Shown piece after piece: positions 26,970-39,888 of a stretch of 64,000 bases of DNA. Under the pieces are notes generated by a model that had not been told where the DNA came from, searched no databases, and was given only the letters and a program-made list of their open reading frames with translations. Origin of the DNA: the human T2T-CHM13v2.0 reference genome, Homo sapiens; the NCBI RefSeq assembly GCF_009914755.1, contig NC_060927.1; one strand, written 5' to 3'. Position 1 is the stretch's first letter. Each line of letters begins with the position of its first letter. The translations under genes and the position numbers were made by a program.

Positions 26970-28330
26970 CAACTTTTTATTTTGTAAAATGCCAAACCTT
27001 CAAGAATTTGAAAGAGAGGGTAAAATTAACACCAATGTACTTTTCACTGAAATTCACCAATCATTACAATTTTGCCATATTTGGGCTTCTTTCTCTTCCT
27101 GTTTCTCTCTCTCTCCCCTCCACCATCTCCCGCTACACATGCGCACACACACACACACAGTTGCAATCATCCTGTAACTTCACATGTAAGTACTTTATTG
27201 TGTATCTACTTAGAATCACCCTTCTCCTATGTAAACATATTTGGGCTTCTTTTCTCTCCCTGTTTCTCTCTCTCTCTCTCTCTTTCTATCCCCCCCTCCA
27301 CCTCCTGCTACACATGTACACACATGCACACACACACACAGTTGCAATCATCCTGACACTTCACACATAAGTACTTTATCGTGTATCTCCTTAGAATCAC
27401 CCTTCTCCTATGTAAACATATTTGGGCTTCTTTTCTCTTCCTGTTTCTCTCTCTCTCTCCCTCTCTCTTTCTACCCCCCCCCACCTCCCGCTACACATGT
27501 ACACACATGCACACACACACACAGTTGCAATCATCCTGACACTTCGCACGTAAATACTTTATCGTGTATCTCCTTAGAATCGCCCTTCTCCTATATAACC
27601 ACAATGCCATTAATTTACACATAAAATTTCAAGCGTTAATTAAATATTATTAAACAGTCTATAACCAAATTCCCCCAGGATACCCAATATCATCTGTAGA
27701 ATTTGTTTGATCCAGAATCTATTGCATTTGGCTATGTCACTTTCAATTTAGAATATTTTCCCCACCTTTTCCTAGTTTTTCACGTCCTAGAAATTTTTAA
27801 GGTCCAAGCCAGACAATTTATGTCCCACAGTCTGGATTTGTCTGCTTCTTCATGATTAGATTCAGGTTAAACATTTTTGGCAAGAATATTCTACAGATGC
27901 TATTGTACTTCCCACTGTATCCACTAGGGAATACATAGTGTCAGTTTGTCCTATTATTGGTGACACTAAATTTATTACTAGCTTTTCCCATGATAAAAAT
28001 ATAATTGTTTTCCTCCACTGTTAGTAAGTGATTTGATATGTATTTGAAATGATAAATATGATCTTTTGAGAGCTTATGAAAATCCCATTCCCCAAAAGCC
28101 TTTCACTTAATGGTTTTGGCCTCCATTGATGATCTTTACCTGAATCAGTTATTGCATTGGGAACTACAAAATGGTGATTTTCCCCCTAAATCTATAATTC
28201 CTTGACATTTGCTAGCTGGCATTCCTCTATAAATATGAGCTTTATCACCCTTCTCCATCATTTATCTCTCTCTCTTTCTCATCACTATGGACTCACAGAC
28301 ACTTTGTAATTTCAAAGTTTTATAATTCAG
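26970..28330 (-). mobile_element. L1MC-type 3' region containing a tandem triplication
   Basis: L1MC-like text (ttcctcatgattagattcaggttaaacatttttggcaagaat-like at 27845-27890). Confidence 0.7.
27076..27598. repeat. Three tandem copies of a 160-182 bp unit with internal (CT)n and (CA)n
   Basis: Units begin catatttgggcttct at 27076, 27236 and 27417 and end cccttctcctat(g/a)taa. Confidence 0.95.
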
Positions 28331-28334
28331 TGCT

Positions 28335-28495
28335 ATTTAAAGTCAGGTCCATGGATCAGCATCACCAGCATTGCCTGTGAGCTGCTTAGAAATGTAAATT
28401 CCTGCTCCCTCCCTCTCCACCACCCCAGACTAACTAATCAGAATCTTGGTTGGAGGTAGGGGATGTCTAGGAATTTGTGTTGTGACCAACACTGT
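28335..28495. mobile_element. MER5-like hAT fragment
   Basis: ggatcagcatcaccagcattgcctgtgagctgcttagaaatgtaaatt...aatcagaatc. Confidence 0.7.
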
Positions 28496-28497
28496 TA

Positions 28498-28760
28498 TAC
28501 AATCCTCCCTCAGTATCCATGGAGAATTGGTTCCAAGACCTCCCCAGGATACCAAAATCTGAGGACACTCAAGTCCTTGATATAAATGGCATAGTATTTG
28601 CATATAACCAACCCACATCCTCCTATACACTTTAAATCATTTTTAGATTACTTATAATACCTAATACAATGTAAATGCTATGTAAATAGTTGTTATACTG
28701 TATTGTTTAAAGAATAATGGCAAGAAAAAGGGTCTGTACATGTTCAGAACAGACACAATT
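28498..28760. mobile_element. MER2 (Tigger family), truncated on the right
   Basis: ta|caatcctccctcagtatccatggagaattggttccaagacc...gataccaaaatc. The second terminal inverted repeat is absent. Confidence 0.85.
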
Positions 28761-28767
28761 TGTTATC

Positions 28768-28860
28768 TATTTGAAATGATAAATATGATCTTTTGAGAGC
28801 TTTTGAATATCCCATTCACCAAAAGCCTTTCACTTAATGGTTTTGGCCTCCATTGATGAT
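28768..28860 (+). repeat. 93-bp dispersed direct copy of 28041-28133
   Basis: Three mismatches over 93 bp, offset 727 bp. Confidence 0.95.
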
Positions 28861-28862
28861 GA

Positions 28863-29149
<287 letters not shown>

Positions 29150-30100
29150 AACAAACTGATTCTTACACAACTCTCCTCAAGTTATACGTAAGGTATAATG
29201 TAATACAACATTGTACTTCTAAGTCAGATTGGACTTTCTTTCACTTTAAAGCATTTTTCCACTCGAGTTTAATATACCTACTTTAATTGCCTATAAATGA
29301 GGGACGTAAGAGACCATAGTGATGACACCAGCTTCTGTTTACAATGGGATAACCCCCAGTAGCCTCATAGTTTTATTTCTGCTCTTGCTTTAATAATGTA
29401 TTTTACATGTATTCTAAAATTTAACATACAAATGCACAGATCCCAATTTGTAAAAATTAACATATAGAATATATAAAATATCTAGGTAGTTGTACATAGG
29501 TGACTGGAATTCTGTACAGTTCTCAATATTTTCCAAAGTTTCTACAGTGAGCATGTGTTACTTTTATATTCGGGGATAACACACTTTATTTTTAAAGGAG
29601 CTGTTTAATCTTCATAGCGTATATAAAACACGAGTGGACAATGCTTGTATGGCCTTAGAACTGTCATTTCAAATGCATTAATCTAAAGTATTAAGAAGTC
29701 CTTTTAAAGACCAGAAGTATTGCAATGTATAGACACATGGGGGCACTGTAACCAAGTATTAATAATTAAAGAAAAGCAAATCCAATAACCAAAACAGTTA
29801 ACATGTATTGAAAATTTACTGTAGTCCAGGTTCTGTTATTAGCATTTATATGTATTATCTCATTTAATCCTCACATTGAATCTGTGGACTACCCTTGTTA
29901 TCCCCATTAGTACAGTGAAGAGATCTGAGACTCAAAGCTATGCAGCCACCTAAAATTGTGAAAAGCGTTTACTGTGGTCTTTTATACATAATCAAGCTTT
30001 CACTATCAGTTGCTTGGTGAGAATTCTATACTGTACTTCTGTGCAAAGGTTTAATTCTCCCTTAAGCCATGGCCTGCTTCATATTATCAAATGCTTTCTC

Positions 30101-30434
<334 letters not shown>

Positions 30435-30644
30435 AAATACTTTCTCTATTGCTATACTCGGAGTATAAGGACAGCTAGGGAGCAGAGAATTGATATTTAA
30501 TAAAATTTTGTTTCTTCATCAGAAATATATCATAAAATTACAGAAAGTTAGAAAAAATGGGTAAATATAACTATTAGCATTTTGCTGCATTTTCTTGCAG
30601 TCTTAATTCTTCTTCAGTGTGTATATAATTCAATGTATCATTTA

Positions 30645-31020
30645 AAATTGTATTTATTTTTTAACAGGTAAATAAAAATTGTATATATTTATAATGCACA
30701 ATGTGACATTTTGAAATATGTATACAGTTTGGGATGGCTCGATTAATATATGCATTACCTCACATACTTATTTTTCTGTGGTGAGAACACAAAATCTACT
30801 CTGTTAGTGATGTTCAGTTATACAATACATTGTTATAAACTATAATCACCATGTTGTACAATAGAGCTCTTGAACTCATTCCTCCTGAGTAAAATTTTGT
30901 ATCTTTTGACCAATATCTACCTGCACCAAGCCTGGTAATCACCATTCTACTCTCTGCTTCTATGAGTTCAACTTTTTGAGATTCCTCATTTATGTGAGAT
31001 CATGTAGTATTTGTCTCAAT
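30645..31020 (-). mobile_element. L1MA 3' end
   Basis: aataaaaattgtatatatttataatgcacaatg ... accattctactctctgcttctatgagttcaac. Confidence 0.8.
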
Positions 31021-32671
31021 ATATCATTTTTGATAATTTGGGAATTCGATTTTTTTCTTCTATCATCACATTCACATATTATGTACCTTCACCATGTTGT
31101 ATATCTTTTAGAACCATCAATTTTCAGTGTTACCTCATTTCCAATGTAGTAGACATATCATATTAAATGTTTAGGTAGTTGCACACAGTTACATGTTTTT
31201 AACCATTTCTCTACCATTCGTTTTTTACACTGCAGTCAATTTTTCATATTGTAAATAATTCAGCAAAAACATTTTCATGCATGTACTGCCACCCCCATAT
31301 TTATTACTTCATTCAGCAAATATTGATTGAAAACCTAATAAAAATACCAGGCCCTGTGTTAAGTACTGAGTTTAGGATTTTTCCCCTAGGATAGTAGTTC
31401 AATGTTGAAAAACGAGAACATGTTTTATGCCTCGATACATATTGCCAAATTGCTTTCTAAAAATCGATGTCAGATTAATCTAAATGAATTCTTTAAAAAG
31501 ACAGAAAGAAGGTAAAAACGAGGCATGAAAACGTTATCATTAGATGACTAATGACTATAGCATTATTACATCAAAGTAAGTAGATACATTTGTCAGAATT
31601 CAAATTACTAATAGTATGAAAAAAATTAATGCCAAAATTAGTAGCAGTTTTTACCCAATTATAACTCAAAGTCCAGACACAATAAATAAAAATATTGTTA
31701 AACTGGACTATGTAAAAATGAAAGAAATTGCAGCAAACATAAACAAAGTCAAAAGACAAATGTTATAAAATATTAATATTAGAATTAATATATATCATAG
31801 ACCAGGATCTTATGTTCCTAATATAAAAGAACACAAAAATCAAGAAAAAAAGAACCAAAACCTTCTAGAAAAATGTACAAAAAGCATGTACACAGTTAAT
31901 AAATGATATTCAAATGGCCCTTTAGTAGGTCAAAATCCTCAGCTGCTTCTTCTTGCATTACAGAAATGCAAATTATTACTACATTTAGGCACCATTTCTC
32001 ACAAGGTTGCAAAAATGTATAAGTTTGATACCATTCCATAATTCTGTTAGTAAGGCTGTGGGAAAATGAATACTCTCATCAAATGCTGGTGGAAATACAA
32101 AACGGCATGACCTCTGTGGAGGAGAATTTAGCAAAATCTAACAAAGCCACATTTGCACTTACCTTTTAATGTAGCAATCTCATTTGTAGGAAATTTTCCT
32201 GAAGATACACAACCATACACCTGAAGAAACATATGTGCAGGGTTATTCATTGTGGTATTCTTCGTAATAGCGAAATGTCGGAAGTCCTAAATGTTCTTCT
32301 ATAGGAGACTGATTTTTTTTTAAGGTATATTCCAAGAGTGAAAAACTACTCAGCCAAACAAAGAATGAGAAAGGGACATGCCAAAAGGAAACTAAAAGGG
32401 CCAAGAGGCAATGACACCCAGCAGCAGTGGGTATACCTAAAGCCCAGATCTTGGTTTCTAAATATTATTCCCTACTGACAGGAGCCTGAGCTCTTTGGAG
32501 AAATGACCGTTCGGGTCAGGGGCAGGTAAAGTGGACCTACAACTCTCTTGTGCCAGAGAACAAGAGAGAACCCAAAGACTGACAGAGACAGGTCAAAAGT
32601 TTACTAGAGCAGCTTAAAGGACTCCAACGGGCCAAATCTGAGACAATTTGAGCATCAAAAAAGAATATAGT

Positions 32672-32967
<296 letters not shown>

Positions 32968-32980
32968 AGAAGAATATAGA

Positions 32981-33274
<294 letters not shown>

Positions 33275-34279
33275 TTACCATTAAAAAAAATTACCATATA
33301 TATATGGTAATGGATAACATACATTAAATAAATGAAAATAAAACCCATAAATCCATAGTGATATTCATTGAAAATATAAGAAGAAGCAAAGGAAAGAAAA
33401 AGTTTGGGGTGAGGAGAAAGGAAAGCTCTTTTATACAGAAAAAGTAGAGGGTGTGATAGAATTGGAAAGCTACTATTTTGCAACTGCAAAGCAGTAACCG
33501 ACTCTGGGTATATGAAGGTGATTTTCTGAAATATCTTCTGGTTCTAAGACTAACAGAGTTTGCAATGGAAAGCCTTGATAAGATAAGGGAAAAGCTGTGA
33601 AATTCTTTAGTATGTTTTTCCTTTCTCTCCAAAGCTGAAAATCACCATTTACAAGTCCAATATGAGGCAGATCCCTAGTTTTGTCACTTTGAATTCTTTA
33701 TATCTTTGGTTAAGTGGCTACAAAATATATTGAAACTACTTTGCTAAAGAAGGCTTCATCATAAACAAAGTCAAAAGACACATGTCAATCTGGGATATAT
33801 CACAGATAAAAGATAAAAGTCTAATGTTCTTAATAAAAGCTTTATATTTTTTATTGTTAAAGCAGAAGAGAAAAAGATCCTGCTTAGCCTGTTGAACCAG
33901 ATAAAGCATCCCATCTCCAGCCTAAGGCATGAATTTTCTGAGGAAAGTAAAGCCTCCCAGTATCTTCTTGATCTCTCTCCAAGATCAGGCTAGAGGGTAG
34001 AAGTCCATAATAATGTTGCTTTAACTTAACTCCAACTCCACAGGTCACACATTCACTTCATTCTGCCACGTCCAGTCAGTCAAGTGTACACCTGAGTCCT
34101 GGTGTACATATCAATGGTGTCCCCTTTCATTCTCAAAAGTGTCTCAGTGTGGACAATAAATTATATGATTACCCTACTTTTTGTGGAACCCCTGATGCTT
34201 TTTAGAAAAGTCTTCACTTGGCTAATATTTAGGGGTAAATGCCAAGCTAGAGAGAAAAACAAGGAAAGACTCCGAAATA

Positions 34280-34730
34280 TAGTAGGCAGAATAATGCTGC
34301 CTTCACCACCCGACAGAGATGTCCATGTTCTAACCCCTAGAACTATGAATACGTTACCTCACATGGTAAAAGGAAAAAGTGATTAAGGATGTTGAGATGA
34401 GGAGATTATCCTGAATTATCCAAGTGAGCCCAAAATAATTACATCAATCTTTAAAATCAGAGAACCTTTCCCAACTGAGTTCAGAGTTAGAAGGGGATGA
34501 GACTCTGAAAGATGCTCAGATGCTCACTGCTGGCTGTGAAGATGGAATATTAGGGCCATGAGCCAAGGAATGTGGGCAGCTTCTAGAGGCTGGGAAAAGC
34601 AAGGAAACAGATTCTACATTAGATCTGCCAAAAAGAAATGCAGCTCTGCTAACACCTATAAAAGCGCAAGATAATACTTTTGTGTTGTTTTAGCCATTAA
34701 TTTTGTGGTAATTTGTTAAAGTAGCAACAG
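34280..34730 (+). mobile_element. MLT1 (D-like) LTR
   Basis: agtaggcagaataatg...agatgtccatgttctaacccctagaac...ttgtggtaatttgtta. Confidence 0.8.
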
Positions 34731-34797
34731 CATTTTTAATGAGCCTTGAAGGATACAATGAGCCATCATTCATTGGATAAATATTTAAGTCCTTATA

Positions 34798-36628
34798 CAG
34801 GCATGCTTTATTTTGCCGTGCTTTGTTTTATTATACCCCGCAGGTATTTTCTTTTCATAAAATGAGGGTTTGTGGCAACCCGGCATCCAGCAAGCCTATC
34901 AGCACCATTTTTCCAATAGCACTTTCTCACTTCATGTCTATGTGACCCTTTTTGGTAATTCTCACAATATTTCAAATGTTTTCATTATTATTATATCTGT
35001 TATGGTGATCTATGATTAGTGATATTTGATATTGCTACTGTAACTGTTTTGTGGCACCTTGAACCCTGTCCATATAAGACGGTAATCAATAAATGTGTGT
35101 GTTCTTTCCGCTCCACCAACTGGCCATTCCCCCATCTCTCTCCCTCTCCTCAAGTCTCCCTATACCCTGAGACACAAGAATATTGAAATTAGGCCAATTA
35201 ATAACCCTACAATGGCCTCTAAGTGTTGAAGTGAAAGAGTCCATGTCTTTCACTTTAAATCAAAAGCTAGAAGTGATTAAACTTAGGGAGGAAGCCATGT
35301 TGAAAGCCAAGACAGGCCAAAAGCTAGGCCTCTGGCACCAAACAGCCAAGTTGGGAATGCAAAGAAAAAGTCCTTAAAGGAAATTAAAACTACTACTCCA
35401 ATGAACATATGAATGAAAAGAAAGTGAAACAGCCTCACTGCTGATGTGGAGACGAGTTTTAGTGGTCAGGAAGAGAAGATCAAACCAATCACAGCATCCC
35501 CTTCATCCAAAGCCTAATCCAGAGCAAGGCTTCTTGAATTCTGTGAAGGCTGAGAGGTGAGGAAGCTGCAAAAGAAATGTTTGAAATTAGCAGAAGTTGG
35601 TTCACGAGGTTTAAGGAAAGAAGTCATCTCTGTAACATAGAAGTGCAGGGTAAAACAGCAAGTGCTGATGGAGAAGCTGCAGCAAGTTACCTAGAAGATC
35701 TAGTAAAGATAATTGACGAAGATGGCTACATTAAACAATACATTTTCAATGCAGATGAAACAACCTACTATTATTGGAAGAAGATGCCATCTAGGACTTT
35801 TACAGGTAGAGAGAAGAAGAGAAAAAGCCAATGCCTGACTTCAAAGCTTCAAACAACAGGCTGATTATTTTGTTAGGAGCTAATGCAGAGAGTGGATTTA
35901 AATTGAAGCCAGTGCTCATTTACCATCCCAAGAAATCTAAGGCCCTTACAAATTATGCTAAATCTACTCTGCCTATGCTCTCGAAATGGAATAACAAAGC
36001 CTAGATGACAGCACATCTGTTTACAGCATGGTTTGCTGAATATTTTAACCTCAGTATTGAGACCTAGTTCTTAGAAAAAAAAGATTTCTTTCAAAAGATT
36101 ACTGCTCATTGACAATGTACCTAGTCACCCAAAAGCTCTGATGGGTATACAGGGAGATTAATGTTGTTTTCATGCCTGCTAAGACAACATCCATTTTGCA
36201 GCCCATGGATCAAGGAGTAATTTTTACTTTTAGGTCTTGTTATTTAAAAAATACATTTTGTAAAGCTATAGCTGCCATAGATAATGATTTCACTGATGAA
36301 TCTGGGCAAAGTACATTGAAAAGCTTCTGGAAAGGGTTCACCATTCTAGGTGCTATTAAAAGCATTTGTGATTAGTGGAGGTTAAAATGTCAACATTAAC
36401 AGGACTTTGGAAGAAGTCAATTTCAACCCTAATGAATGACTTCGAGGGAGTTCAAGACTTCAGTGGAGGGGGTCACTGCAGATGTGATGGAAATAGCAAG
36501 AGAACTACAACTAGAAGTGGAGCCTGAAGATGTGACTGAATTTCTGTAATCTCATGATCAAACTTTAGCAAATGAGTTGTTGTTTCTTATACATGAGCAA
36601 AGAAAGCGGTTTCTTGAGACAGAATCTA
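34798..36628 (+). mobile_element. Tigger1 DNA transposon, 3'-truncated, with decayed pogo-like transposase
   Basis: TA followed by a left TIR (caggcatg...). ORF fragments [44 protein letters not shown], with frameshifts and stops. No right TIR. Confidence 0.93.
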
Positions 36629-36654
36629 TTGAGATTTCCTTCTTGAGACAGAAG

Positions 36655-36835
36655 GAAAAGAGAGCTCTTGAGTTCCTTAGAGTGGCAACCACATGCTGTA
36701 TCTGAAAGTAAGAGAGTGGGGTGGGTAGGGGTGGGTCACATCTACTCAAACACCTCACTGCTCAGGGACCAGGAAGTATAATCCCATTATGTGCTGGGAA
36801 AGGGTAAAATTGGAAATATTTGGTGAACTAAATGA
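36655..36835 (-). mobile_element. MLT1K-like LTR fragment abutting the Tigger1 break
   Basis: gaaaagagagctc ... ggaagtataatcccattatgtgctgggaaagg...ggaaatatttggtgaac; similar to 7225-7420. Confidence 0.5.
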
Positions 36836-37435
36836 TTATTAAACATAAATAAATATTTATTAATTGAACTAAGGAAGCAATTTGAGTAAGTTAGAGGTCA
36901 TCTGAGGAGGCCTTATCTAAGGGAAATAGAGACTAGGGAAGGAATAAGAGATGGAGTGAGGGACTAATCGAGTGTGCCAGGCATGAAAGAGCAGAATGAT
37001 AGCAGATTTTCAGTCTGGATAATTATAGGAAGGGTGATGTCAATAAAAAGATAAGGTGAGAGGTGCAAGTATGGGTGTGTGCCTATGTGTGTGCTTGTCA
37101 GGGTGCAGCTGAGACACCTACATTTGGCCTTATCTTTTGCTTGATAAGATCTACTATCTTAGCTTCAGGCCTTTTGCTCAGTATACTCTGCTTCTCCTTT
37201 GTGTTGAGTTACTGGAGATCCAGCTAGAAATCAGAAATGGTCCCTGCTCCGGGTTGGATGGACAGATGCCATGAGTAAGGAACATACGCAGGAATTTTAG
37301 GGACATGTAAGGTGCTTTGTGTACATTACCTAATTTAAACTTCAAAATATCTCATGAGTAAAATATGATTATGTTCCTTTTAAAGAAAAAGAATTATTAG
37401 ACTATCTAGAATCCAGCTCTGCTATGTAATCTAAT

Positions 37436-37477
37436 TTTTATAAATGCTGGTGATAAACCAGGTCTGATATATTATAT
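37436..37477 (+). repeat. Exact 42-bp copy of 39619-39660 (SNORA72 3' end plus flank) inside a MIR
   Basis: ttttataaatgctggtgataaaccaggtctgatatattatat is identical at both sites. Confidence 0.96.
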
Positions 37478-37539
37478 ATGCAAGTTAGTTCACCCCTCTG
37501 AACCTTCAGTCTCTCCATTTTAAAAGGTGAATACTCCCT

Positions 37540-37940
37540 ACACTGACGGTCATGGGGACTATGGTGTGGCAAAAGGGCCAGAGAGTCCACCAGCACACTG
37601 CCCTGACGTCCTCTCACCCTGCCAGGGCCTATGATCCAGAGAAAGGGGAGAGGGGCACCTAGCCCCACCCCTGGGCCTTGCAGCGAGGTGGTGTCATGCC
37701 CCTCAGCCTCCACACACTTGGGGCTGCCCTTGAGCCGCAGCCTACAGATCAATGATTAGACCCTACTCCTGGCCCACACAGCGCACTGACGTCATGCCCT
37801 ACTGGCTGCTGATGCATGCTGATGCTGACGTCACCCTGTGGGTGTTCTCACCTCCAAGGACCCAGAATCTCGTTTGCTAGAGGGAGAGGCAGGTGCCAAG
37901 AGCAGTGGGGCTTGTGTGGAGTCGATGTGACATCAGCCTT
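37540..37940. promoter_or_regulatory. CRE-site cluster, candidate enhancer or promoter
   Basis: TGACGTCA at 37787-37794 and 37826-37833. Variants TGACGGTCA 37544, TGACGTCC 37604 and TGACATCA 37928. Locally GC-rich unique DNA. Confidence 0.45.
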
Positions 37941-38281
37941 AGTGACCAATAGCTCTGGCCAACTTATAGGGCCATGTCTGAACCTTGGGGACACCTTGTC
38001 TGATGGTTGCACTCAGATTGCATGCCATAGGGATTGGTTATTTCTACAGAACAATGTAGAGGCTGCCTCTCTGGAGGGGTAATGGAAGAACAACTTGACC
38101 TCTAATCTAAACTTTTAAAAAGAGTTGTATACATGTGTTGCCTCTACTCATTTCCCATTCATTCCTCAACCCATTCCAACGTTAAAGATTATTTCTAAAA
38201 GGTAAAATCAGAATCTATGCAAATATACAAACATAAAACGAACATGTGTCAATTAACTCATTAATTAATAAAGGAACCAGT

Positions 38282-38701
38282 TGTCAATCTAAAATAAACA
38301 GCAGAGAGACCGACTCTCCAAAACAGAGTTAATTCGAGAATAGCAAGAAATTACCATTTGGGATGCGGGTTCTATGTCAGACCATAGGTGCATCCAAAGA
38401 GGTTTGGGTAAGAGCAGGCTTTTAAAAGAAAAAAGAATTACAGGTAACCTGCTTTGAAACAAAGACCATTGGTTACAGGGGCTTGTTGCAGGAGTTGGCA
38501 TTAGCTTATTGGTGGAGACAGCCATTGTTAGGCAAGTGTCTTGTGCAAGTGGTTTATCTGGAATACTGTGATTTTGAGGAATTTCTTGCAATAATTAGTG
38601 CTACAAACTTAGGTGCCTGAGGGCTTCTTCTCCATAGCCTCCTGGCTCCATTTCATTAGATTTGACGTAAGTGACTTCATTTTGACACTGATAACTTCAC
38701 A
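38282..38701 (-). mobile_element. ERV1-class solo LTR (MER101-like)
   Basis: Minus strand starts tgtgaagttatcagtgtcaaaatgaagtcac. TG...CA ends and 4-bp TSD cagt at 38278-38281 and 38702-38705. Confidence 0.75.
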
Positions 38702-38779
38702 CAGTCAGACATTATGACTGTCTCAAAGAATCTTAAGAAGTACATAAATAGGCAGTAGTATTCTGGAATGAATTTCCTC

Positions 38780-39480
38780 CCCCATCCTCTCTCTCATCCA
38801 GTGGATAAACAAGATCTTTTGACTCAGCTTCCAAATTGGATTAATCTTTTCTCCAGCTTCACAAACACCATCTTACTCTGAGCGAAATCATCTGTGGCTC
38901 TGACTATTGCCCTCCAGTTGGCCTCACCTTCTGCCCCCCAAATCTGTTTGCTAGAGTTTCCAAAGTGATCTTTTTTTAAAAAAAGAAGAAAAAGAACAAC
39001 AATAAACTAGATCATGTTGCTTCCCTTTGTAAAATCTTCCAAGGGCTTCTTTGCTTGGAGATTTAAATCCACACTCTTTGTGCTTGCTTACAAGGAAATA
39101 CGTGATCTATCTGTGCCGCTTCTCCAATATCATGTACCACTCTGTCTCCCCACAGTGCTCCAGGGCCTTCTGCTTAGAATGCTCTTCCTCCTGAATTTTC
39201 CACTGTCATCTCCTTTTCATTTTTAGATCTCAGCTTGAATATTGCCTTCTCAGGCCTTTCCAGACCCTGCATTCTAAACTGGCCACTCAATCATTCTTAT
39301 TTAAAATGCTAAATATCAATCACTTTGATACAAGATTTGTGTATTGTCCATCTCTCCACCCCCAATTAAAATGAAAGTGCATAAGTTCAGCAAGAAAAGC
39401 TCTGACTTACGCTGTTCACCAATGTCTTCTCAGCTAATAGGACGCTTAATTGAGTTCAGCATGTTATCTATTCATGCGTT
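38780..39480 (+). mobile_element. L2 3' region
   Basis: Degenerate L2 (gatcatgttgcttccctttgtaaaatcttccaagggcttc ... gctgttcaccaatgtc). Confidence 0.7.
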
Positions 39481-39509
39481 GGGGTTTTATCACTTAAATT
39501 AAGCAGTTA

Positions 39510-39641
39510 CTGTGAATATTCTCGCTGTTCTGATTTTGTAATAATCACGATAGGCTAAACATTCGCAATATTAAGACCATGTATGTATCCCTAGACCTAG
39601 TTCTTTCCCCAGGTCTGGTTTTATAAATGCTGGTGATAAAC
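39510..39641 (+). ncRNA. SNORA72: SNORA72 (U72) H/ACA snoRNA retrocopy, full length
   Basis: 132 nt closely matching the recalled U72 sequence (ctgtgaatattctcgctgttctgattttgtaat...aaatgctggtgataaac). Two hairpins, H box ATATTA 39568-39573 and ATA box 3 nt from the end. Part of a TSD-flanked insert, so probably a retropseudogene. Confidence 0.88.
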
Positions 39642-39888
39642 CAGGTCTGATATATTATATGATCATTTTGTGCAATCATATAATGGCTGTGATTCTAGGT
39701 TATCTTTGGTCAACCTTAAGAAAAATGACAGTACAGCTAACATAGTAACTTTTGCAAAAAATCAGTGCTAATTTGCAGACTGTTGTCTAAAGAAGGGATA
39801 ACCAAAGTATAGAAATTTGATGGTACCAGTTGCTATTAAATGAATTGTAAAAATTACTGTATATAAAAATTTAAAAATAAATAAAAAA
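39510..39888 (+). pseudogene. Whole retroposed unit: snoRNA, ~220-nt extension and A-rich tail
   Basis: TSD taagcagtta at 39500-39509 and 39889-39898. ATTAAA 39835-39840. Tail aaaaatttaaaaataaataaaaaa from about 39865. Confidence 0.85.

Noticed and set aside
27008-27624. Repetitive ORFs, or a CRISPR-like array, in the triplicated unit
   Set aside because: Head-to-tail tandem repeat with no unique spacers, in a eukaryotic L1 relic. ORFs are low-complexity read-throughs.
35183-36375. Transposase-like ORFs as a domesticated TIGD-type gene
   Set aside because: Broken by frameshifts and stops and 3'-truncated. An ordinary decayed Tigger1.
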